Origin: Balanoglossus misakiensis
Lineage: Eukaryota; Animalia; Hemichordata
Reading direction: 5' to 3'
DNA: 64,000 nt
Assembly (NCBI GenBank): GCA_040954595.2
Contig: CM082588.2
Span: 11,793,398-11,857,397 of the forward strand
Of this stretch, positions 1 through 14,043 are shown in pieces. The position numbers were made by a program, and so were the translations under genes. Position 1 is the first letter of the stretch, and each line of letters begins with the position of its first letter. The notes beneath the pieces were generated by a model. That model did not search any database. It saw nothing but the letters and a program-made list of their open reading frames with translations, and had not been told where the DNA came from.

Positions 1-3000
1 GCATTCAACACGAAAATAACAATTTTAGCCACAATTTGGTCAAAATGGTAAATTTTTGAAAATTACAAAAATACCTGTTTTCTACATTTTCGGAAATCTG
101 ATGGAGTATAGAATGCTCTTCGTATATATATATCGATACAAATTCCACAAAAAAACGGCCAATTTGGCTCACTGCAGACAAAATTGCGTTTTACCAAATT
201 TTCCTTGAAAATGTCATTTTTAGAAAAAAAAATAAAAAAACCTTTGTTCTTCGAATTTGGTGCCCTGATCATATATGACATGTTGATTATATGTTAAAAC
301 TTTAGACCACTCCAAAAATGCAGAGATATTGACGGAATTCAAGAAAAAATAGCCATTTTGGCCATATTTTGACAAAAATGGTAAATTTTTAAAATATCAT
401 AAAAAATTAACTCTTTTCTTCATTTTCGGAAATATAATGGAGCATGAAGTGTCGTTCTCTTGTAAAAAGTGCTGCAAATTCCAGAAAAGGCGGTATAATT
501 TGAATCACCCAAGACAAAATTACCATTTTCGACTTTTTTTCGAAAAATTGTCTTTTTTACAAAATAAATAAGAATAAATTCTTTTCTTAGTTTCAAACGG
601 GTAGAGATACTTTCCACACGGGTTTTCTAACATTGAATTCCCATTCATCAACTCAGATTTCCTACAGCATAAGTCGGCTAAAACCCTGACACTCTAGAGC
701 AGAAACAGTTGCACACTGGTAACGTTGAACATGTCGATTTTTCTATGGCCTGGCTCGGCTAAATCTCCGTCACAATATGACAGACACTAGCGTACGTTAG
801 CAACGGTGATCAAGTCAGATTTTCTACGGCATGGCTTGGATAAAGCCCCGGCACTCTAGAGCAGAAACACGCGTACAGAGACCACGTTGATCAAGTCTGA
901 TCTCCTACGGCTTGGCTCGACTAAAACCCCGGCACACTATGACAGACACTAGCGTTCGTTAGCAACGTTGATCAAGTCAGATTTCCTACGGCATGGCTTG
1001 GCTAAAGCCCTGGCACTCTAGAGCAGAAACACGCGTACAGAGACCACGTTGATCTACTCACATTTCCTTCGGCCTGGCACGGCTGATGCCCCGGCACTAT
1101 ATATAGGACACAGACTGGCGTAAGTTAACAACGGTAATCACGTCGGGTTTCCTACGGCCTGGCTCAGCTGAAGCCCCGGCACTCTAGAGCAGAAACAGGC
1201 GTACATTGACCACGTTGATCAAGTCAGATTTCCTACGGCGTGACTCGGCTGGTGCACCGGCTCTATATGACACAGACTGGCGTAAGTTATCAACGGTGAT
1301 TACGTCGGATTTCCTACGGTCTGGTTTCGCTGAAGCCCCGGCACTTTAGAGCGGAAACACGCGTACATTGACCACGATGATCAAGTCAGATCTCCTACGG
1401 CCTGGCTCGACTAAAACCCCGGCACACCATGACAGACACTAGCGTACGTTAGCAACGGTGATCAAGTCGGATTTCCTTCGGCCTGGCTCTGCAAAAGACC
1501 TGACACTCTAGTACAAAGACGTTGGCTAAGTCGGGCAAACCGAAGATGGTAAGTCACAGCGGGTCAACACTCGAAATTTGTTCGGGTAGGACTGCATTAT
1601 TGCCTGTCAATTTATAGAGAAAGCCCGAATTTAGCCAGGGCGTTCCAAACACCGACGTTAGTTGGAGGCACGGCCTGCAGTACTGCCGGGTAAGCTGACA
1701 TCGGCGTACCGCATATAATGTAAGGGGGGGGGCAAACAGAACGGTTCAATACTACATTTATTAGATATCAGCTAATTTTGGACAATCATCTAAAATCTAA
1801 ATCATTTTTTCATATTTGGATATCTAATGATGTATGAAATTTCAATTATATGTAAAAATGGTGCTGATTATAAAAAATGCACTCTGAATGAGCCGATTTA
1901 ATACAAAATTACGTTTTATTCGTTTTTGCACCTAAAAGGTCATTTTTAGGCAAAACATTCTTTATTTTTTTAATTCGGTGACCTGATCATATATCAAGAA
2001 TTGCTTGTATGTTAAAAGTTTTTATGACTTTTAAAAGCAGTGACACTTGCGGCATTCAACACGAAAATAACAATTTTAGCACAATTTGGTCAAAATGGAA
2101 AATTTTTGAAAATTACAAAAAATACCTGTTTTCTACATTTTCGGAAATCTGATGGAGTATAGAATGCTCTTCGTATGTATATATCGATACAAATTCCAAA
2201 AAAAAAGACAGTCTGATATGGCTCACTGCAGACAAAATTGCGTTTTACCAAATTTTCCTTGAAAATGTCATTTTTAGAAAAAAAAATAAAAAAAACCTTT
2301 GTTCTTCGAATTTGGTGCCCTGATCATATATAACATGTTGATTGTATGTTAAGACTCTCGACAACTCCAAAAATGCAGAGATATTGACGGAATTCAAGAC
2401 AAAATAGCCATTTTGGCCATATTTTGACAAAAATGGTAAATTTTTAAAAAATCATAAAAAATAAACTCTTTTCTTCATTTTCGGAAATATTATGGAGCAT
2501 GAAGTGTCGTTCTCTTGTAAAAAGTGCTGCAAATTCCAGAAAAGGTGGAATAATTTGAATCACCCAAGACAAAATTACCATTTTCGACTTTTTTTCGAAA
2601 AATTGTCTTTTTTACAAAATAAATAAGAATAAATTCTTTTCTTAGTTTCAAACGGGTAGAGATACTTTCCACACGGGTTTTCTAACATTGAATTCCCGTT
2701 CATCAACTCAGATTTCCTACAGCATAAGTCGGCTAAAACCCTGACACTCTAGAGCAGAAACAGTTGCACACTGGTAACGTTGAACGAGTCGATTTTTCTA
2801 CGGCCTGGCTCGGCTAAATCTCCGTCACAATATTACAGACACTAGCGTACGTTAGCAACGGTGATTAAGTCAGATTTTCTACGGCATGGCTTGGATAAAG
2901 CCCCGACACTCTAGAGCAGAAACACGCGTACAGAGACCACGTTGATCTACTCACATTTCCTTCGGCCTGGCACGGCTGATGCCCCGCACTATATATAGGA

Positions 3001-6000
3001 CACAGACTGGCGTAAGTTAACAACGGTAATCACGTCGGGTTTCCTACGGCCTATCTCAGCTGAAGCCCCGGCACTCTAGAGCAGAAACAGGCGTACATTG
3101 ACCACGTTGATCAAGTCAGATTTCCTACGGCGTGACTCGGCTTGTGCACCGGCTCTATATGACACAGACTGGCGTAAGTTATCACCGGTGATTACGTCGG
3201 ATTTCCTACGGTCTGGTTTAGCTGAAGCCCCGGCACTTTAGAGCGGAAACACGCGTACATTGACCACGATGATCAAGTCAGATCTCCTACGGCCTGGCTC
3301 GACTAAAACCCCGGCACACCATGACAGACACTAGCGTTCGTTAGCAACGGCGATCAAGTCGGATTTCCTTCGGCCTGGCTCTGCAAAAGAACTGACACTC
3401 TAGTGCAAAGACGTTGGCTAAGTCGGGCAAACCGAAGAGGGTAAGTCACAGCGGGTCAACACTCGACATTTGTTCGGGTAGGACTGCATTATTGCCTGTC
3501 AATTTATAGAGAAAGCCCGAATTTAACCAGGGCGTTCCAAACACCGACGTTAGTTGGGGGCACGGCCTGCAGTACTGCCGGGTAAGCTGACATCGGCGTA
3601 CCGCATATAATGTAGGGGGGGGGGGTGGGGCAAACAGAACGGTTCAATACTACATTTATTAGATATCAGCTAATTTTGGACAATCATCTAAAATCTAAAT
3701 CATTTTTTCATATTTGGATATCTGATGATGTATGAAATTTCCATTATATGTAAACATGGTGCTGATTATAAAAAATGCACTCTGAATGAGCTGATTTAAT
3801 ACAAAATTGCGTTTTATTCGTTTTTGCACCAAAAAGGTCATTTTTAGGCAAAACATTCTTTATTTTATTAATTCGGTGACCTGATCATATATAAACAATT
3901 GCTTGTATGTTAAAAGTTTTATGACTTTTAAAAGCAGTGACACTGGCGGCATTCAACACGAAAATAACAATTTTAGCCACAATTTGGTCAAAATGGTAAA
4001 TTTTTGAAAATTACAAAAAATACCTGTTTTCTACATTTTCGGAAATCTGATGGAGTATAGAATGCTCTTCGTATGTATATATCGATACAAATTCCACAAA
4101 AGACCGTCTAATTTGGCTCACTGCAGACAAAATTGCGTTTTACCAAATTTTCCTTGAAAATGTCATTTTTAGAAAAAAAAATAAAAACACCTTTGTCCTT
4201 CGAATTTGGTGCCTTGATCATATATGACATGTTGATTGTATGTTAAAACTTTCGACCACTCCAAAAATGCAGAGATATTGACGGAATTCAAGAAAAAATA
4301 GCCATTTTGGCCATATTTTGACAAAAATGGTAAATTTTTAAAAAATCATAAAAAATTAACTCTTTTCTTCATTTTCGGAAATATTATGGAGCATGAAGTG
4401 TCGGTCTCTTGCAAAAAGTGCTGCAAATTCCAGAAAAGGCGGTATAATTTGAATCACCCAAGACAAAATTACCATTTTCGACTTTTTTCGAAAAATTGTC
4501 TTTTTTACAAAATAAATAAGAATAAATTCTTTTCTAAGTTTCAAACGGATAGAGATACTTTCCACACGGGTTTTCTAACATTGAATTCCCGTTCATCAAC
4601 TCAGATTTCCTACAGCATAAGTCGGCTAAAACCCTGACACTCTAGAGCAGAAACAGTTGCACACTGGTAACGTTGAACAAGTCGATTTTTCTACGGCCTG
4701 GCTCGGCTAAATCTCCGTCACAATATGACAGACACTAGCGTACGTTAGCAACGGTGATCAAGTCAGATTTTCTACGGCATAGCTTGGCTAAAGCCCTGGC
4801 ACTCAAGAGCAGAAACACGCGTACAGAGACCACGTTGATCTACTCACATTTCCTTCGGCCTGGCACGGCTGATGCCCCGGCACTCTAGAGCAGAAACAGG
4901 CGTACATTGACCACGTTGATCAAGTCAGATTTCCTACGGCGTGACTCGGCTGGTGCACCGGCTCTATATGACACAGACTGGCGTAAGTTATCAACGGTGA
5001 TTACGTCGGATTTCCTACGGCCTGGTTTAGCTGAAGCACCGGCACTTTAGAGCGGAAACACGCGTACATTGACCACGATGATCAAGTCAGATCTCCTACG
5101 GCCTGGCTCAACTAAAACCCCGGCACACCATGACAGACACTAGCGTTCGTTAGCAACGGTGATCAAGTCGGATTTCCTTCGGCCTGGCTCTGCAAAAGAC
5201 CCGACACTCTAGTACAAAGACGTTGGCTAAGTCGGGCAAACCGAAGAGGGAAAGTCACAGCGGGTCAACACTCGACATTTGTTCGGGTAGGACTGCATTA
5301 TTGCCTGTCAATTTATAGAGAAAGCTCGAATTTAACCAGGGCGTTTCAAACACCGACGTTAGTTGGGGGCACGGCCTGCAGTACTGCCGGGTAAGCTGAC
5401 ATCGGCGTACCGCATGTAATGTAGGGGGGGGGGGAAACAGAACGGTTCAATACTACATTTATCAGATATCAGCTAATTTTGGACAATCATCTTAAATATA
5501 TCTAATTCATTTTTTCATATTTGGATATCTGATGATGTATGAAATTTCCATTATATGTAAAAATGGTGCTGATTATAAAAAATGCACTCTGAATGAGCTG
5601 ATTTAATACAAATTTGCGTTTTATTCGTTTTTGCACCAAAAAGGTCATTTTTAGGGAAAACATTCTTTATTTTTTTAATTCGGTGACCTGATCATATATA
5701 AACAATTGCTTGTATGTTAAAAGTTTTTATGACTTTAAAAAGCAGTGACACTGGCGGCATTCAACACGAAAATAACAATTTTAGCCACAATTTGGTCAAA
5801 ATGGTAAATTTTTGAAAATTACAAAAAATACCTGTTTTCTACATTTTCGGAAATCTGATGGAGTATAGAATGCTCTTCGTATATATATATCGATACAAAT
5901 TCCACAAAAAAAAACGGCCAATTTGGCTCACTGCAGACAAAATTGCGTTTTAGCAAATTTTCCTTGAAAATGTCATTTTTAGAAAAAAAAATAAAAAAAC

Positions 6001-9000
6001 CTTTGTTCTTCGAATTTGGTGCCCTGATCATATATGACATGTTGATTGTATGTTAAAACTCTCGACCACTCCAAAAATGCAGAGATATTGACGGAATTCA
6101 AGAAAAATAGCCATTTTGGCCATATTTTGACAAAAATGGTAAATTTTTAAAAAATCATAAAAAATTAACTCTTTTCTTCATTTTCGGAAATATTATGGAG
6201 CATGAAGTGTCGTTCTCTTGTAAAAAGTGCTGCAAATTCCAGAAAAGGCGGTATAATTTGAATCACCCAAGACAAAATTACCATTATCGACTTTTTTTCG
6301 AAAAATTGTCTTTTTTACAAAATAAATAAGAATAAATTCTTTTCTTAGTTTCAAACGGGTAGAGATACTTTCCACACGGGTTTTCTAACATTGAATTCCC
6401 GTGCATCAACTCAGATTTCCTACAGCATAAGTCGGCTAAAACCCTGACACTCTAGAGCAGAAACAGTTGCACACTGGTAACGTTGAACAAGTCGATTTTT
6501 CTACGGCCTGGCTCGGCTAAATCTCCGTCACAATATGACAGACACTAGCGCACGTTAGCAACGGTGATCAAGTCAGATTTTCTACGGCATGGCTTGGATA
6601 AAGCCCCGGCACTCTAGATCAGAAACACGCGTACAGAGACCACGTTGATCAAGTCTGAACTCCTACGGCTTGGCTCGACTAAAACCCCGGCACACTATGA
6701 CAGACACTAGCGTTCGTTAGCAACGTTGATCAAGTCACATTTCCTACGGCATGGCTTGGCTAAAGCCCTGGCACTCTAGAGCAGAAACACGCGTACAGAG
6801 ACCACGTTGATCTACTCACATTTCCTTCGGCCTGGCACGGCTGATGCCCCGGCACTCTAGAGCAGAAACAGGCGTACATTGACCACGTTGATCAAGTCAG
6901 ATTTCCTACGGCGTGACTCGGCTGGTGCACCGGCTCTATATGACACAGACTGGCGTAAGTTATCAACGGTGATTACGTCGGATTTCCTACGGCCTGGTTT
7001 AGCTGAAGCACCGGCACTTTAGAGCGGAAACACGCGTACATTGACCACGATGATCAAGTCAGATCTCCTACGGCCTGGCTCAACTAAAACCCCGGCACAC
7101 CATGACAGACACTAGCGTTCGTTAGCAACGGTGATCAAGTCGGATTTCCTTCGGCCTGGCTCTGCAAAAGACCCGACACTCTAGTACAAAGACGTTGGCT
7201 AAGTCGGGCAAACCGAAGAGGGAAAGTCACAGCGGGTCAACACTCGACATTTGTTCGGGTAGGACTGCATTATTGCCTGTCAATTTATAGAGAAAGCTCG
7301 AATTTAACCAGGGCGTTTCAAACACCGACGTTAGTTGGGGGCACGGCCTTCAGTACTGCCGGGTAAGCTGACATCGGCGTACCGCATGTAATGTAGGGGG
7401 GGGGGGGGGAAACAGAACGGTTCAATACTACATTTATCAGATATCAGCTAATTTTGGACAATCATCTTAAATATATCTAATTCATTTTTTCATATTTGGA
7501 TATCTGATGATGTATGAAATTTCCATTATATGTAAAAATGGTGCTGATTATAAAAAATGCACTCTGAATGAGCTGATTTAATACAAAATTGCGTTTTATT
7601 CGTTTTTGCACCAAAAAGGTCATTTTTAGGGAAAACATTCTTTATTTTTTTAATTCGGTGACCTGATCATATATAAACAATTGCTTGTATGTTAAAAGTT
7701 TTTATGACTTTAAAAAGCAGTGACACTGGCGGCATTCAACACGAAAATAACAATTTTAGCCACAATTTGGTCAAAATGGTAAATTTTTGAAAATTACAAA
7801 AAATACCTGTTTTCTACATTTTCGGAAATCTGATGGAGTATAGAATGCTCTTCGTATATATATATCGATACAAATTCCACAAAAAAAACGGCCAATTTGG
7901 CTCACTGCAGACAAAATTGCGTTTTAGCAAATTTTCCTTGAAAATGTCATTTTTAGAAAAAAAAATAAAAAAACCTTTGTTCTTCGAATTTGGTGCCCTG
8001 ATCATATATGACATGTTGATTGTATGTTAAAACTCTCGACCACTCCAAAAATGCAGAGATATTGACGGAATTCAAGAAAAATAGCCATTTTGGCCATATT
8101 TTGACAAAAATGGTAAATTTTTAAAAAATCATAAAAAATTAACTCTTTTCTTCATTTTCGGAAATATTATGGAGCATGAAGTGTCGTTCTCTTGTAAAAA
8201 GTGCTGCAAATTCCAGAAAAGGCGGTATAATTTGAATCACCCAAGACAAAATTACCATTATCGACTTTTTTTCGAAAAATTGTCTTTTTTACAAAATAAA
8301 TAAGAATAAATTCTTTTCTTAGTTTCAAACGGGTAGAGATACTTTCCACACGGGTTTTCTAACATTGAATTCCCGTGCATCAACTCAGATTTCCTACAGC
8401 ATAAGTCGGCTAAAACCCTGACACTCTAGAGCAGAAACAGTTGCACACTGGTAACGTTGAACAAGTCGATTTTTCTACGGCCTGGCTCGGCTAAATCTCC
8501 GTCACAATATGACAGACACTAGCGTACGTTAGCAACGGTGATCAAGTCAGATTTTCTACGGCATGGCTTGGATAAAGCCCCGGCACTCTAGAGCAGAAAC
8601 ACGCGTACAGAGACCACGTTGATCAAGTCTGAACTCCTACGGCTTGGCTCGACTAAAACCCCGGCACACTATGACAGACACTAGCGTTCGTTAGCAACGT
8701 TGATCAAGTCAGATTTCCTACGGCATGGCTTGGCTAAAGCCCTGGCACTCTAGAGCAGAAACACGCGTACAGAGACCACGTTGATCTACTCACATTTCCT
8801 TCGGCCTGGCACGGCTCATGCCCCGGCACTATATATAGGACACAGACTGGCGTAAGTTAACAACGGTAATCACGTCGGGTTTACTACGGCCTGGCTCAGC
8901 TGAAGCCCCGGCATTCTAGAGCAGAAACAGGCGTACATTGACCACGTTGATCAAGTCAGATTTCCTACGGCGTGACTCGGCTGGTGCACCGGCTCTATAT

Positions 9001-9017
9001 GACACAGACTGGCGTAA
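1..9017. repeat. Complex ~2-kb tandem repeat (macrosatellite), left part: AT-rich ~1 kb block plus a block of ~81-bp subrepeats plus a unique segment ending in a poly-G tract
   Basis: The anchor gcattcaacacg recurs at 1, 2052, 3949, 5757 and 7732 (unit lengths 2051, 1897, 1808, 1975). Within a unit, ctacgg recurs at 824, 905 and 986 (81-bp spacing). The short repeated ORFs (MESISTRLKL..., MSYMIRAPNS...) recur once per unit. Confidence 0.97.
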
Positions 9018-9105
9018 TTTTTTTTCTTTTCTTTTTTTTTATCTTTTATTAAAAAAACTTTCAGTGTTACATTAACATATCAAAAAAAAGAAACCAACCG
9101 AAAAC

Positions 9106-12100
9106 TCACATCATAGATATAATAGCTTCAAAAATTCTTGCACTTTCTGAATTATTGCATATTTCCTTGTATACCTTGTATCTCAATATGAATTCGTATT
9201 TTACTAGCACCATTAAAGGTGCTCTGGTTTCACTTAGCCAGTATTTATGTATACTCCATTTGCAAACTAAAATCAATAAATTTACAATATTTTCTTCAGA
9301 TTTCGAAAGCATAACACTTCTAATGCAATTGAAAATTATATGAGCGCTTTGTAAAACAAAATCTTTACAAAAAAGTTGCCGAATTATGCGCTCGATTTTT
9401 GCCCAAAGTGATGTGGCTATAGTACAACGCACGTACTTGTGCTCAAGAGACTCTGGTATCTTACTAAGTTCACAATCCACACTGCTGCTCTTATTCCAAT
9501 AAAACAAATACTTATTACATGGCAACAACCTGTGTAAAAGTTTCCATTGAAATTCCCGCAACTTTGTTTCCTTAGTTATTGCGTGTATGTTCTTCCAGAC
9601 CGTTTCACTTTCTTTTGTAGTCTGGTTTGGTACCTCCAGCAATGTGTACCATTTGTTAAGTTTATCCACTTTTGGACTCCTTTGTGGAATGTTCGCATAA
9701 ATGGCTTTACACGTAACGTTATTGATGGAAATCCAGTGTTTTCCATCCCAAATACCGTATTTACAATTTTTCAAGGATTTGTAGAAAAAGTTAAACTTGC
9801 TACACCATTTCAAAATTACATTTCTGTTTCCTTTGATGTTTTCACTTGCACTGTACCACGCATTTAAAACCTTGACGTAAAATTCAGGGATCGCAGACTC
9901 TAAAGCCTTTGGTAGTGATTCCCAGAAAATGTTGTGCTGAATAAGATTACATGACTGAAGGTCATCCATTTGTAAATAATGCCATGGTATAGCAGACCAA
10001 GTGTTGCCTTTACACAAGACCAGTCTCTTGACCCATACTGCATAAAGAGAATCAATTTGCTTGTCTAAGTTGACACATCTGATGCCACCTTTGTCATAAT
10101 CACTCTGAAGTATTACATTGCTTATATTTCGTTTTCTTCTTATAAAACCATCAATTAGCTTTCGAACAACACACTTAATGCCTTCAGGTATTCCAATCAC
10201 TGATGTCAAAAACAAAATCTGTGAAATTGCAAAAACCTTCGTAATCATCACTCTCCCATAAAACGTAAGCCTTCTCCTTTCCCACATTTGTAGCACCTTT
10301 TTCAGTTTATCAATCTTAGGCTCCCAGTTAAGTTTGTTACATTTCTCAGTGTCATAGCCAAAATACACACCAAGCGTTTTGATGGGCTCATTTGTCCATT
10401 CAACATTTCCCATTTTCTTTTCACTATTTCTGTTTTTTCCAACCCACATTGCCTTCGTTTTCTTGTTGCTCATTTTTAAACCACCACACTGATGAAAATC
10501 ATCCATAACTTTAAAACATTTTCTAATGACCGACCATCCCTTGTAAAAATAGTGGTGTCGTCGGCAAATAATGAAATCTTCGCTGTATTATTACCATATA
10601 AGGGGATCCCGTTGATCTCCCCGTGTTGTCTTATTTTACATGCAAGTACTTCGATCACAAGTAAAAACAATAAAGCCGAGAGGGAACATCCCTGTCGAAC
10701 ACCTCTATGTAATGAAAAGTATCCAGAGCACCATCCCTTATAAACAATACAACTAGAAATATTACTATATAAAACTTCAATCCAGCGTATAAAGCCTGGA
10801 CCAAAATTCATCTTTTTAAGCACGCTATACAAAAATTGCCAATTTACACTGTCAAACGCTTTCTCATAATCTACAAAAAGGATCGCTCCTTCCAAACGCC
10901 GCTTTTTAGTGTAGTCTAGAACATCGGAGATCAGGCGAATGTTTTCTCCAATAAAACGGCCTTTCATATAGCCTGTCTGATCTCTATGGATAATTGTAGG
11001 TAAAACACATTTGAGTCTGTTTGATAATCCCTTAGTGGCAATTTTGTAGTCAATGTTTAAAAGCGACACAGGCCTCCAATTATTCAAGTCATTTTCATCT
11101 CCCTTTTTATACAACAATGTAATAATACCTCTTTTTTGTGTAGCAGAAAGTTCCCCTGACGACCAGGCTTCATTGAGAGATGAAGTGACAAATGTTTTTA
11201 TTTCTGACCAAAAGAAAAGAAAAAATTCGACCGAAAGTCCATCACATCCCGGAGACTTGTTAGCTGCCATGGTCTTCAAAGCGAGCAAACATTCCCTTTC
11301 CGTTAAATTACCTTCGCACTGTTCACTTTGTAGAGCTGTTAGTCCTGGTAAACTGCTATTTTCCAAAAAATCGTCAATCGACTGATGGCAACATTTTCGC
11401 TGATAGATCGTCTCGTAGAATTCTCTTTGTTCCCGCAGAATCTCGTCCGTTTTTGTCACACACTTTCCACTTCTGGTCACCAGCTCCTTAATTTCCTTTT
11501 TTCCTGCATTTCGCTTTTCTAATGATAAAAATACTTGGTATTCCTTTCTCCCTTTTCCACCCACGCTGCACGCGATCTTATCTGCGCACCTTCAGCGAGT
11601 ATGTTGTAAATATTCTCAAGGCGTTGTTTGGTTTCACTGTATTTCCGTATATTTTCATCTGATGGATTCACCAGCATATTTCTTTCATCCGCTTTTAGCT
11701 GTTGCTCAAGCTTCGGTATTTCCTTATTGTGATCTTTTGTTCCATACCTTGTAAATTCCAATGCATATTCTTTAATTTCTTTCTTCATGATGTCCCATTT
11801 CATCCGATTATTTTCGAATGTCTTCTCACCACACTCTCTGATTACAGATTTGACTCCGTTGACAAAGCCTTCATTTTTTAAAAGCCTATTGTTCAGTTTC
11901 CATGTACCAGGCCCTCTACAATCTGAAGCGGTCTGCAATTCCACGTAAACAGCCATATGATCTGTGTGTACAGCAGGACGAATATCCGATTTTTTGACAT
12001 TCTTGACGAGGTGCTTTGAGATTAAAACATAATCTAATCGGCTATGAGTCGGTGATGGGGCCAATCTTCGCCAAGTAAACTGCCGTTGCCCAGGGTGGAA

Positions 12101-12661
12101 ATTCCTCCAAACATCAATAAGTTGAAACTGATTACAAAAACTACGTAAGACTCTTCTTGATCCATCATGTGATTGCCGTGATTTCACACTTGACGCTCTG
12201 TCCAAAGTGTCGTTGAGTGCACAATTGAAGTCGCCTGCTATAAAAAGATGTTCGTAATAGCAGTGCGTGTCAACCAGGCCAGCTAGATCTTTCAAGAATT
12301 CCGTTCTTTGTTTCACGAGATTCGGGGCATAAACACTACAAATTGAAAGCTTAACACCTACAAGGCTACCGTTTATTATGCAAATTCTTCCGAAGTCGTC
12401 ATTCCACACGGAATCAATGGTGAGGTCACATCTGCGCTCAATCAATATTGCCGTTCCTCTGCTATAATTGTCACCTTTCGAGAAGAATACTTTCCCTCCC
12501 CATTCTTTCTCCCAAGTGTCAATGTCTGTTCCATTTCCATGCAACTCTTGTAAAATCGCGATACTCGTTTTTTGGAGTTTTAGCCAGCGATATATACAGT
12601 TCCTTTTCGTTTTGTCTTTGAAACCCCTGACATACAGGGTAACTAACTTCAGCGCTGCCAT
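9106..12661 (-). pseudogene. Tx1 ORF2 (AP endonuclease + reverse transcriptase + C-terminal Zn-binding region) broken by two 1-bp frameshifts
   Basis: APE motifs (LQE, VYAPN, AGDFN, SRLDY, TDH) lie in 11519-12661. RT motifs (KSPGCDG, NWRPVSLLNIDYKI, DYEKAFDSV, GVRQG, LFADD) lie in 10476-11564. The C-terminus lies in 9106-10506. Frame changes near 11530 and 10510 fall at short homopolymers. Confidence 0.9.
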
Positions 12662-13833
12662 CAGTAGCCTTTGATTCTGACTTGCTGCTGCTGCTTTCGT
12701 CTTCTTTTACGTTTTTTCTTATTTTCTTTGCTTTGGGTCAATGACAACAGTGGTGGCGATTCAGCAGACAATTCAGAGAAATTTTCTCTTGATGTGTCAT
12801 AACGCCGGTCCTCGCCACCTTCAATATCCGTTACATCACCTTCACTGACACTAGTATCGTTTTGTCTATCGTCTCTGTTCTCTTTTAAGAACGCTAAAAT
12901 TGAGCTTTGTGATTTAACGCTCGAGCTCGAGGGCTCAGGTGCTTTGTTTGCCAGACTTTGCGGTTTCTCAACACGGTCTTCGTCCCCCGTTTCACGCCTG
13001 GATGTTCCTTGTAACGGTGTGCTGTCACTTTCTAGTCTCGATACCGCATCGGCAGGATTCGTAGACCTTTTCTGCATTGTGTATTTGGTGGACTGAGACG
13101 TTAATTCTTCGTGTACCTGAGAAGTCATACAATTTCTTGCAATATGCCCCTCTCTTTTACAGAGTCTGCATTTGATTTGTCCAGTGCAATTGTACGCAGT
13201 ATGTCCCTCCTCTAAGCATTTGCCGCATCGTGGCTGCGTCTCCGCTGTGGATTGCTTATAAATAATCTTCGCGTAAAATGCACCGATCTTAACCTGAGCT
13301 GGTAATGGTGTCTTTGGTTTTTCGATGAACACAGTTCGATCCCCATTAAGAATGTTTGTCAACTTGCCTTCTAACCTCCATTTCTGTCTAGATATATCTG
13401 TTTTGAGCTTACAGCCCAAACCAGTAAGTGTAGCGGCAATAGCATCATCATCGTGTGACAATGGTAGATCTTTTATCGTTAATCTTAACCAATCTTCATG
13501 AAACTCTCTTCGGAAGGGATTTCGCCCCCACAGCTCTATCGACTTCCCGCGTAGTGTGAGTCCATGTTGTAACAAAATTGTCCGGTCTGCTTCGTCATTC
13601 ATATAAATACGCCACAGACCTCTTATCCGTTGCAACCCTTCCAAGCTGCCGATGGTGACAACTTCTGAAACGGCTGCTATAATATCCTTACCTCTTAGCC
13701 ATTGATTACTGTCCCTGGGAACTATGTCCGACTGCTTCAGAAAGACGGGTAGAACTCCTACTTCACCGTCTTTGTCTTGCAGGCGTTTGGTCGTCACCAC
13801 CTGCGAATAACTGGCTTTGTCTCTGACGGCCAT
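12661..13833 (-). CDS. Tx1 ORF1: nucleic-acid-binding protein with two CCHC zinc knuckles (ZCCHC3-like)
   Basis: 390-aa ORF with CGKCLEEGHTAYNC and CRLCKREGHIARNC knuckles and a basic C-terminus. Its TGA overlaps the ORF2 ATG (TGATG at 12659-12663). Confidence 0.9.
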   Translation of the reverse strand: MAVRDKASYSQVVTTKRLQDKDGEVGVLPVFLKQSDIVPRDSNQWLRGKDIIAAVSEVVTIGSLEGLQRIRGLWRIYMNDEADRTILLQHGLTLRGKSIELWGRNPFRREFHEDWLRLTIKDLPLSHDDDAIAATLTGLGCKLKTDISRQKWRLEGKLTNILNGDRTVFIEKPKTPLPAQVKIGAFYAKIIYKQSTAETQPRCGKCLEEGHTAYNCTGQIKCRLCKREGHIARNCMTSQVHEELTSQSTKYTMQKRSTNPADAVSRLESDSTPLQGTSRRETGDEDRVEKPQSLANKAPEPSSSSVKSQSSILAFLKENRDDRQNDTSVSEGDVTDIEGGEDRRYDTSRENFSELSAESPPLLSLTQSKENKKKRKRRRKQQQQVRIKGY

Positions 13834-14043
13834 GCTTGCTCGAGACCACGAAAACTAGCAAAATGTCTTTCTTCTGAGAATCAAAATGCTTCTTTGCTCT
13901 CGAGTTAGCTGCTAGTATCTATCCAAAAGCATATACCTTCAGTTTCGCCACAAAATTCACCGATTTCACGTGAAAAAACGATGAAAACTCTGAGCGTGCT
14001 AGAAATCTGCTTCCGTAGATGGCTGACTCTAGCGCCCTCCATC

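Larger units (their letters stand above)
9018..14043 (-). mobile_element. Full-length Tx1-clade (L1 group) non-LTR retrotransposon inserted in the satellite
   Basis: A 13-bp TSD cagactggcgtaa sits at 9005-9017 and 14044-14056. The poly(A) tail appears as a T-run from 9018, with AATAAA at 9045-9050 on the minus strand. It has a gag-like ORF1 with CCHC knuckles and an APE-RT ORF2. Removing the element restores the satellite sequence gacacagactggcgtaagttatc. Confidence 0.95.

Noticed and set aside
650-1735. 5S rRNA, snRNA or tRNA gene in the 2-kb unit (considered because Tx1 elements often target them)
   Set aside because: Only ctacggcc resembles the 5S start. I could see no box A/C, cloverleaf or Sm site. 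An Rfam cmscan would be the decisive test.
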